This document shows, piece after piece, positions 1 to 7,184 of a stretch of 37,439 nucleotides of DNA (position 1 is the first letter of the stretch; each line of letters opens with the position of its first letter). The position numbers and the translations under genes were made by a program. The notes beneath the pieces were generated by a model that was not told where the DNA came from, did not search any database, and saw only the letters and a program-made list of their open reading frames with translations. The DNA is from an uncultured Planctomycetales bacterium (GTDB lineage: Bacteria; Planctomycetota; UBA1135): NCBI GenBank assembly GCA_964643675.1, contig CAZXTO010000001.1, positions 1-37,439 of the forward strand, given 5' to 3'.

Positions 1-24
1 CCGAAATGGATGTCTGACCCCGAA

Positions 25-3000
25 TTAATCGACGTCTGACCCCGAAATGGCGGCTTGGACCAGGGCCTCCTGCTCGGCTTGGTGGCGGCGGTAGGAGCCG
101 GTGGCCGGGCTGGCGGCGGCGGGGCGACCGAGATAGCGGACGCGCCGATCGAGCTCGAGCAGGCGGGCCTGGACGTGGCACCAGGCGCCCATGTTCTTGG
201 GCTCCTCCTGCAGCCAGACCAGCTCGGCGCCGGGGTAGCGGGCCAGCTCCTCCTCCAGCGCCTTGCGCGGGAAGGGGTAGAGCTGCTCCACCCGCACCAG
301 GGCGACCTGCTCGGCGCCGGCCTCGCGGCGCGCCTCGACCAGGTCGTGGTAGACCTTGCCGGTGCACAGGACCACTCGCTTCACGGCCGCAGCCTCGACC
401 CGGTCGTCGCCGATCAGCTCGCGGAAGCGGCCCCCCGCCAGCTCCCCCACCGGACTGGCCGCGCGCGGGTCGCGCAGCAGGCTCTTGGGCGTGAACACCA
501 CCATCGGGCGCCGGGCGGAGTCCGCGCCCTGCCGCCGCAGCAGGTGGAAGTACTGCGCCGCGGTCGAGCAGTTGGCGACCACGAAGTTGCCCTCGGCGCA
601 GAGCTGCAAGAAGCGCTCCGGCCGCGCGCTGGAGTGCTCCGGCCCCTGGCCGTCGTAGCCGTGCGGCAGCAGTAGGCTCAGCCCGACGCGCTGGCCCCAC
701 TTCGATTCGCCGGCCGACAGGAACTGGTCGATTGGGATCTGGGCGCCGTTCACGAAGTCGCCGAACTGCGCCTCCCACAACACCATCGAAGCCGGCTTGG
801 CGGCGGCGTAACCGTACTCGAAGGCCAGCCCGGCCTCCTCCGACAGCAGCGAGTCCCAGGCCTCGAAGCCGGCGTCGGCCGACAGGTGCGCCAGCGGCAC
901 GTGATCGGCCGCCGTCACCTGGTCGCGGATCACCGCGTGGCGGTGGCTGAAGGTGCCGCGGCCGCTGTCCTGCCCGGCCAGCCGGATCGGCACGCCGTCC
1001 TCAACCAGCGACCCGAAGGCCAAGGCCTCGGCGCAGCCCCAGTCCAGGTCGCGGCCGCCGCGCACCATGTCCTCCCGCCGGCGCAGCTGGCGCAGCAGGT
1101 TGGGGTGCACGACGTGCCCCTCCGGCATGCTGTTACAGCGGTCGATCAGCGCCACCAGGCGCTCCTCCTCGACCGCGGTCTCGGGCGAGGCCGCGTCGCA
1201 CCAGTCGCCGGGGTGCTCCGTGCGCAGCTCGAAGGCGGCCGCATCCTCCCCCGCTGCCTCCGGCGCCTCCTGCTCGCGCGACTTCTCCAGCGCCGCGCGC
1301 AGCTCCTCGTCGTACTGCTCGGAGACCGCCTCGCACTCCTCCAGCGTCATGGCGCCGCGCCGCACCAGCAGGTCGATGTAGTTCTCGCGCACCGTCGGGT
1401 GCTTGGCGATCTTCTGGTAGAGCAGCGGCTGGGTGTAGGCCGGCTCGTCGCCCTCGTTGTGGCCGCGCCGGCGATAGCAGACCATGTCCACCACCACGTC
1501 GGCGCCGAACTCCTGGTGGTAGTCGACCGCGACGTGCGCAGCGCGCAGCGCCGACTCCGGGTAGTCGCCGTTGGCGTGCAGCACCGGCGCCTGGATCATC
1601 TTGGCGATGTCGGTGCAGTAGTAGGTCGAGTGCAGGTCGCGCGGGCTGGCGGTGAAGCCGATCTGGTTGTTCACCACCACGTGGATCGTGCCGCCGGTGC
1701 CGTAGGCGCGCAGGCCGCTCATCTGCAGCGTCTCGGCCACCACGCCCTGCCCGGTGAAGGCGGCGTCGCCGTGGATCAGCACGCCGACCGTCTTCTTGCG
1801 CTCGACGTCGCCGTCGCGGTCCTGGAAGCCGCGCACCATGCCGCAGACCACCGGGTCGACCGCCTCGAGGTGGCTCGGGTTCGCCGACAGCACCACCTCG
1901 ACCTCGCGGCCGTCGGGGGTGGTGTAGGTGCCGCGCTGCCCCTGGTGGTACTTGACGTCCCCCGAGCCCTCGACCGAGCTCGGCAGCATCACGGCCTCGA
2001 ACTCGCCGAAGATGCGCTCGTAGCTCTTGTTCATGAGGTTGGCGAGCACGTTCAGCCGGCCCCGGTGAGCCATGCCGATCACCACCCGCTCGACGCCGTT
2101 GCCGGCCAGCCGGTCGAGCATCTCCCCCAGCACCGGCACCAGGGTGTCGGCGCCCTCGAGCGAGAAGCGCTTGTTGCCCGGGTAGCGGGTGTGCAGGAAG
2201 CGCTCGAAGTTCTCGGCCTTCACCAGCCGGCGCAGCAGCCGCTTGCGGTCGTGCTGGTCGAACACCTCCTCGTTGCGGCGCGGCTCGACCCGCTCGCGGA
2301 TCCAGTGCTTGCGCTGCCGGTTGACCACGTGCATGTACTCGATGCCCCAGCGCCGGCAGTAGGTCTCGCGCAGCACCTCGAGGATCTCGCGCAGCGTCAT
2401 CACCGGCTTGCCGCACATGCCGTCGGTCAGGAACTCGCGGTCGAGGTCCCAGATCGTGAAGCCGTACCAGGCCGGGTCGAGCGAGGGCAGCGGGTCGGGC
2501 CGGTACTCGAGCGGGTCGAGGTCGGCGAGGCGGCAGCCGCGCACGCGGTAGGCGTTGATCAGCAGCCAGACCTTGGCCTGCTTCTCGGCGTCGGTCAGGC
2601 CCTCGTGGGCGGTGTCGGTGTCGGTCACCGCGACGATCGGCGTCCACGGCACCCGCATGTCGCGGAAGATGTCCTGCCAGAAGCCGTCGGCGCCCTCGAG
2701 CAGCTCCTCGACCCGCTTCAGCAACAGGCCGGACTCGGCGCCCTGCACGGTGCGGTGGTCGTAGGTGCTGGTGACGGTCATCACCGGCGAGATCGCCATC
2801 TCGGCCTGGTGCGCCTTCGAGATGTAGCGCACCTCGGTCGGCACGCCGATGCCGCCGGTGGCGACGATCAGGCCCTGGCCCTTCATCAGCCGCGGCACCG
2901 ACAGCTGGGTGCCGAAGCCGCCGGGGTTGGTCAGCGACACGGTGGTGCCGGCGAAGTCGGCCGCCGCCAGCTTGCCCTCGCGGCCGCGCGCGACCACGTC

Positions 3001-3570
3001 CTGGTAGGTGTCGTAGAACTGCTTGAAGCTCATCGCCTCGCAGCCCTTCAGCGAAGGCACGACCAGGCTGCGCTTGCCGCCGGCGCCGGGCACGTCGATC
3101 GCGATGCCGAGGTTCACGTGCTTCGGCGTGACCTTGTATGCCTTGCCGTCGCGGTGCTCGCAGCGCGACTGCACGTTGGGCATCTCGGCGATCGCGCGCA
3201 CGATCGCGTAGGCCACCAGGTGGGTGTAGCTGGCCTTGCCGAGCGCCCGCACCCGCATGTGCTGGTTGAGCACGCGGCGGTTCTCGTCGAGCACCTTGAC
3301 CGGCAGGGTGCGGACCGTGGTCGCGGTCGGCACCTCCAGGCTGGCCTCCATGTTCGAGGCGATCTTGGCGGCGACGCCGCGCAGCGGCTCGGCCAGCTCC
3401 TCGTCGGTCTCGACCGGGCCCTTCGCTCCAGGCTCCACCGCCGGGGCGCTGCGCTCGAACCAGCGCGCCCACTCGGGGTCGACGGTGGTGGCGTCGGTGC
3501 GCCACTGGTCGAACAGGGTCTCGACGTAGCCGGCGTTGACGCCGAACTGCTCCTTGAAGTCGATGGGCAT
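25..3570 (-). CDS. sucA: 2-oxoglutarate dehydrogenase E1 component with an N-terminally fused E2-like acyltransferase catalytic domain (Kgd/OdhA-type multifunctional enzyme)
   Basis: 1181-aa ORF with ATG at 3568-3570. The N-terminus MPIDFKEQFGVNAGYVETLFDQW is SucA-like. Residues about 60-300 carry the 2-oxoacid acyltransferase catalytic motif (DHRTVQGAESG). The remainder has TPP-dependent E1 motifs (GMAHRGRLNVL, HGDAAFTGQGVV, WEAQFGDFVNGAQ, LLLPHGYDGQGPEHSS). Confidence 0.95.
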   Translation of the reverse strand: MPIDFKEQFGVNAGYVETLFDQWRTDATTVDPEWARWFERSAPAVEPGAKGPVETDEELAEPLRGVAAKIASNMEASLEVPTATTVRTLPVKVLDENRRVLNQHMRVRALGKASYTHLVAYAIVRAIAEMPNVQSRCEHRDGKAYKVTPKHVNLGIAIDVPGAGGKRSLVVPSLKGCEAMSFKQFYDTYQDVVARGREGKLAAADFAGTTVSLTNPGGFGTQLSVPRLMKGQGLIVATGGIGVPTEVRYISKAHQAEMAISPVMTVTSTYDHRTVQGAESGLLLKRVEELLEGADGFWQDIFRDMRVPWTPIVAVTDTDTAHEGLTDAEKQAKVWLLINAYRVRGCRLADLDPLEYRPDPLPSLDPAWYGFTIWDLDREFLTDGMCGKPVMTLREILEVLRETYCRRWGIEYMHVVNRQRKHWIRERVEPRRNEEVFDQHDRKRLLRRLVKAENFERFLHTRYPGNKRFSLEGADTLVPVLGEMLDRLAGNGVERVVIGMAHRGRLNVLANLMNKSYERIFGEFEAVMLPSSVEGSGDVKYHQGQRGTYTTPDGREVEVVLSANPSHLEAVDPVVCGMVRGFQDRDGDVERKKTVGVLIHGDAAFTGQGVVAETLQMSGLRAYGTGGTIHVVVNNQIGFTASPRDLHSTYYCTDIAKMIQAPVLHANGDYPESALRAAHVAVDYHQEFGADVVVDMVCYRRRGHNEGDEPAYTQPLLYQKIAKHPTVRENYIDLLVRRGAMTLEECEAVSEQYDEELRAALEKSREQEAPEAAGEDAAAFELRTEHPGDWCDAASPETAVEEERLVALIDRCNSMPEGHVVHPNLLRQLRRREDMVRGGRDLDWGCAEALAFGSLVEDGVPIRLAGQDSGRGTFSHRHAVIRDQVTAADHVPLAHLSADAGFEAWDSLLSEEAGLAFEYGYAAAKPASMVLWEAQFGDFVNGAQIPIDQFLSAGESKWGQRVGLSLLLPHGYDGQGPEHSSARPERFLQLCAEGNFVVANCSTAAQYFHLLRRQGADSARRPMVVFTPKSLLRDPRAASPVGELAGGRFRELIGDDRVEAAAVKRVVLCTGKVYHDLVEARREAGAEQVALVRVEQLYPFPRKALEEELARYPGAELVWLQEEPKNMGAWCHVQARLLELDRRVRYLGRPAAASPATGSYRRHQAEQEALVQAAISGSDVD

Positions 3571-3775
3571 GGTGGTGGTGGCGAGGCCGAGGCCAGGGCC
3601 TTTGGGACGAAATCCGAGCGATTTCGACCGCGACTCGGGGGGAAGGCCGTGGCCCGGGGACCTTGTAGTTTCCCCCCGATTCCCGGAGGGGTCAACCGGC
3701 GGCTCCCCCGGGGCCCGAGGCCGAGCCGGGCCCTGCCGCGCCGGGCCGCCAGGGCTCCGCTCCGCTGCCCTCGCG

Positions 3776-4930
3776 CTAGGGCAGGATCACCACTTCCTGA
3801 GAGACCGAACTGAGGTAGCCGTGTCCGAGTGCCGAGTGGTAGCTGACGGCGGCGAACCAGACCGTGGTGCCGACATAGGCCGCCAGACCCGGTGCCGGAA
3901 CCAGCCTCGCTTCCGCTCGGCCGCTGGCATCCAGGACCCCCACCCCGCCCTCCAAGGGAAGGATGTTCCAGCCACCGGCGAGGCTCCAGAACAAGGAATC
4001 CTTCGTCAGGGGAATCCAGATCCCGCCGCTCTTGGTCGGGCCCGTGCCCGTGAAGCTGCCTAGCACGGCGAAATGCCTCCCGGCGAGGATGTCGGGGAAA
4101 TCGATCTCGAGGACGACCGGGCTCCCGCTCGCCAGGCTGAGCTCCGCGCTGGAGGCTCGCAAGCACGGGTGATAGACCGTCGCCACGACCGCGACCTCAT
4201 CCACCGTGTAGATCAACCCCGCCTCTTGGTCGCCGAGATCGAAAGACGTCGCCAGGGCAGTCCCGACCGGCTCATTCACATTGCCCCGCTGGGCCCAGAT
4301 CTCCCTCCCGTTCAAGCCGGAAAGGGCGACGAGCTTGCCGGGCCGACTTCCGCCGTAAGCCAAAGCGTCCTTGCTAACCGCGATTACGTCGGGTACTCCA
4401 TCCAGGTTCCAATCACCCAGGCCTTCGACGACGCTTCCGAGCCGGTCATATTCGGATGCCCCCAAGGTACGCCAGATCTCCTGACCAGTGCCTGAGAAGG
4501 TCGAGACCATGCCCCGCTGCTGGTACGACGACTGGGTGAAGTCCTTCGCTCCCGCTGCAAAATCTGGCACACCGTCGGAATCAAGGTCTCCGATGAAGGC
4601 GACGCTCGAGCCGAGGTGGGACTGGGAATAGGGTCCCAAGACCTCGAGGACCTGAGCGCCGGTCGCGCTCGAATACACCCGGACGGCGCCACAGTTCGCC
4701 AGGATTCCGGAGTTGTAGAACGGCAGGCCCACCAGGATGTCATCCTTGCCATCCCCGTCGAGATCGGGGATCGCAGCAACGGAATCGCCGAGCCCGACAC
4801 CGACCTGGGAGATCGTGAGCAGCACGGACTGGGTCGAGCCCGAGATCAGGTCGACCTGGCCAGCGCTCCCGATCAGGATGTCATCGATCCCATCACCGTC
4901 CACATCCGTGACCGCGCTCAGGGATTGCAC
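3776..4930 (-). CDS. FG-GAP repeat (integrin-alpha-like beta-propeller) secreted protein, C-terminal fragment of a frameshifted gene (paralogue 1)
   Basis: Repeated DxDGDGxxD Ca-binding/FG-GAP motifs (DVDGDGIDDILIGS, DLDGDGKDDILVG, DLDSDGVPDFAAGA, DWNLDGVPDVI). The C-terminal roughly 130 aa are collinear with the two downstream paralogues and end in VVILP. The 'start' in the ORF track is an internal GTG, and the reading frame continues from ORF 4918..5397 after a 1-nt shift. Confidence 0.85.
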   Translation of the reverse strand: MQSLSAVTDVDGDGIDDILIGSAGQVDLISGSTQSVLLTISQVGVGLGDSVAAIPDLDGDGKDDILVGLPFYNSGILANCGAVRVYSSATGAQVLEVLGPYSQSHLGSSVAFIGDLDSDGVPDFAAGAKDFTQSSYQQRGMVSTFSGTGQEIWRTLGASEYDRLGSVVEGLGDWNLDGVPDVIAVSKDALAYGGSRPGKLVALSGLNGREIWAQRGNVNEPVGTALATSFDLGDQEAGLIYTVDEVAVVATVYHPCLRASSAELSLASGSPVVLEIDFPDILAGRHFAVLGSFTGTGPTKSGGIWIPLTKDSLFWSLAGGWNILPLEGGVGVLDASGRAEARLVPAPGLAAYVGTTVWFAAVSYHSALGHGYLSSVSQEVVILP

Positions 4931-5397
4931 CCCCCAGCGAGATTGGGAATCGATCCGGACAGGGGCTGGCCGGTGGCGCCGGAGAAGGCGGCGATGGACC
5001 GGTGATCCCCCGGAGGATTCCCGGTGAATCGGGCCAGGATGTCCTCGACGCCATCGCCGTCGAGATCGCCGCCCGCAGCGACCAGTTGGCCGAGGCGCTG
5101 ACCGCTCCGCCCGAAGATCGAGCGGATCAACCCGCCCGTCGCGCCACAGACAAGATCGACCTGGCCGGTGAGGGAGAAGAAGTAACGGTCAGGAATCCCG
5201 ACGATGGCATCCGGAACACCGTCGCCGTTCAGGTCAGAGATGAGATCGAGAGACGCACCGAAGGAATTGTTCGGTCCCGCGCTGCCGAAGTACCACCAGG
5301 CTTCCTGATCATCGCCGAAGGACTGAGCGGGGGTGGCTGACGCGAGGGTGCCGACGCCGAGCAAGGCGAGCGCCAAGGATTGCAATTTCCAGACCAT
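4918..5397 (-). CDS. FG-GAP repeat secreted protein, N-terminal fragment (signal peptide plus first repeats) of the same frameshifted gene
   Basis: ATG at 5395-5397 gives MVWKLQSLALALLGVGTLASATPAQS, a Sec signal peptide, followed by DLNGDGVPDAIVG and DLDGDGVEDIL repeats. The ORF stops at 4918-4920, 13 nt inside the next ORF. The TTG at 5460 in the ORF track is an unlikely start. Confidence 0.8.
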   Translation of the reverse strand: MVWKLQSLALALLGVGTLASATPAQSFGDDQEAWWYFGSAGPNNSFGASLDLISDLNGDGVPDAIVGIPDRYFFSLTGQVDLVCGATGGLIRSIFGRSGQRLGQLVAAGGDLDGDGVEDILARFTGNPPGDHRSIAAFSGATGQPLSGSIPNLAGGCNP

Positions 5398-5400
5398 GTC

Positions 5401-5452
5401 GAGCGAGGAGCGAGGAGTGAGGAGAGGAGGAGAGGAAGAAAGTAAAGGAGAG
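5401..5452. repeat. Homopurine/homopyrimidine (GA-rich on the plus strand, CU-rich leader on the minus-strand mRNA) tract between FG-GAP paralogues 2 and 1
   Basis: 48 of 52 positions are purines on the plus strand, with a pure 24-nt purine run at 5419-5442 (gaggagaggaggagaggaagaaag). It lies directly upstream of the ATG at 5397. Confidence 0.8.
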
Positions 5453-5464
5453 CGGGCCAACCGG

Positions 5465-7129
5465 TCAGGGCACGATCGTCACCCCGTGCGGGACCGAACT
5501 GCGGATTCCCACCCCGGTGGCTCGATCGTAACAGACCGCCGCGAGCCAGATCCTGCTGCCGAGGTAGGCGGCCAGACCCGGTGCCCCGACCATCTCCGCC
5601 ACCGCTTCGCCGTGCACGTTCAGCGTTCCGCGACCCCGCAATAAGGCGACCGGGGTCCACCCGCTCACGAACTGCTGGAGCATCGGACCGTCGGTCAGCG
5701 GAACCTCGATTCCGCCGAGGGTGGTGGGCCCGGTCCCACCGGCGCTGGCCAGCACGGCGTAGGCCTTGTCTCGAAGCGTGTTCGGGAAGTCCAGCTTGAG
5801 CCGCACCGAGACGCCACTCGAGACGCTTAGCTCCAGCGCCTCCACGTAGAGATGCGGCTCGTAAGCCAGGGTCCGGATCTGTTGATCTTCGACGGCGTAG
5901 GAGAACTGGCAGGGCACCAGGCCCTGATCTCCGGCGGCAACGAGCAGCGCGCCGATGTTCCGGGAGCTCGTCCCTTCATCCCGCCAGAACTCGCGCCCGT
6001 CGACTCCGGAGTAGAAGCTGATCCGGCCCACGAGGGTTCCTGCGGCGTTGTCCACGCGCGGCGCGCCGCCCGACACGTCCGGAACGCCGTCGCCGTCGGC
6101 ATCGCCGAGAACCTCGACGTTCTCGCCGAGGTATCCCCAACCTTGATCGCCTTCGACCTCCCACAGGACGGCGCCGGTGGCGCCGGAACAGAGCTGAACG
6201 ATGCCAGCCATTTGCAGGTTGCCAACCTTGGTCCCGTAGCCGCCGGCGACGAAGTCCTCGAAGCCGTCGCCGTCCATGTCGCCGGCCGCCGCCACGCTGC
6301 AGCCGAAACTGGCGCCACTATTTCGTCCGCTGACCTCGAGCAGAATGGCGCCGGTGGCGCTCGAGTAGATCCTGACCGCGCCGCTGTTCTGCATCCCCGC
6401 AGAGGCCCTCGGGGCGCCGGCGAGGATGTCCGGCTTGCCGTCGCCGTCCTGGTCACCGATCCCGCGGACGGCGAAGCCAAGATCCACGTTGATCTCATAG
6501 ATGCGGAGGAGACTCGCCTGGGTGGCGCCAGAGAAGAGCTCGATGACGTTGGTGGCGCCGACCAGCAAGTCGTCGACGCCGTCACCGTCCACGTCGCCGG
6601 CGGGTGCCAGCGAGCGGCAGTCGCCATGCGAGAGCAAGGGGAGGCGGAACAGCTCCTGGTGGGTGGCTCCCGACATGCCGTAGACGATCGGGCCAAAGGT
6701 GAGCGCATCACGATGGACCAGATAGAGGTAGTCCTCGACCCCGTCCGCGTCCAGGTGGCCGGCGGCGGAGACGACCTGCCCGAGCCGCTCGCTCGCCGCT
6801 CCGTGGTGACGGTGGAGGATGCTCCCGTTGCTGCCCGAGAGAATCGTGGCGGCGCCGCCGTGGTGCACCTGGTAGGTCGCGAAGGGCTCCCCGACCAGCA
6901 GCTCCGGGACGCCGTCGCCGTTCAGGTCGGAGATGGTGTCCATGGTCCGGGCGAAGTCGTAGCCCGAGGAACTGCTGGCATAGAAGGTCCACCGGTTGTC
7001 CGCGCTCCCCCCAGCGGTCTGGGCAGAGACTGCAGTCGCGAGGGTGAGCAGGGTGGCGGGAACGAGCGTGCGGGTGGGGAGCATGGGAGGAAGGGCCGAG
7101 GAGGAGACGGAGGGCCCCCTACTCGACAT
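5465..7129 (-). CDS. FG-GAP repeat secreted protein (paralogue 2)
   Basis: 554-aa ORF with multiple DxDGDG motifs (DLNGDGVPELLVGE, DADGVEDY, DVDGDGVDDLLVGA, DQDGDGKPDILAGA, DMDGDGFEDFVAGG, DADGDGVPDVSGGA). The signal peptide is LLTLATAVSAQ. An alternative ATG at 7084 (MLPTRTLVPATLL...) is equally plausible. The C-terminal module ends in VTIVP. Confidence 0.9.
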   Translation of the reverse strand: MSSRGPSVSSSALPPMLPTRTLVPATLLTLATAVSAQTAGGSADNRWTFYASSSSGYDFARTMDTISDLNGDGVPELLVGEPFATYQVHHGGAATILSGSNGSILHRHHGAASERLGQVVSAAGHLDADGVEDYLYLVHRDALTFGPIVYGMSGATHQELFRLPLLSHGDCRSLAPAGDVDGDGVDDLLVGATNVIELFSGATQASLLRIYEINVDLGFAVRGIGDQDGDGKPDILAGAPRASAGMQNSGAVRIYSSATGAILLEVSGRNSGASFGCSVAAAGDMDGDGFEDFVAGGYGTKVGNLQMAGIVQLCSGATGAVLWEVEGDQGWGYLGENVEVLGDADGDGVPDVSGGAPRVDNAAGTLVGRISFYSGVDGREFWRDEGTSSRNIGALLVAAGDQGLVPCQFSYAVEDQQIRTLAYEPHLYVEALELSVSSGVSVRLKLDFPNTLRDKAYAVLASAGGTGPTTLGGIEVPLTDGPMLQQFVSGWTPVALLRGRGTLNVHGEAVAEMVGAPGLAAYLGSRIWLAAVCYDRATGVGIRSSVPHGVTIVP

Positions 7130-7184
7130 GCCGCGAGGATGGATTCCTGCCCAAAAATCTCCCGGCAGGTCCGCCAGTCCCCCG

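Noticed and set aside
886-3813. 975-aa plus-strand ORF, and the 790-aa minus-strand ORF 1133..3505, overlapping sucA
   Set aside because: They are antisense or alternative-frame ORFs typical of about 70% GC DNA. The products are low-complexity Arg/Ala/Gly/His/Pro-rich with no motifs, while the sucA frame has unmistakable enzyme motifs.
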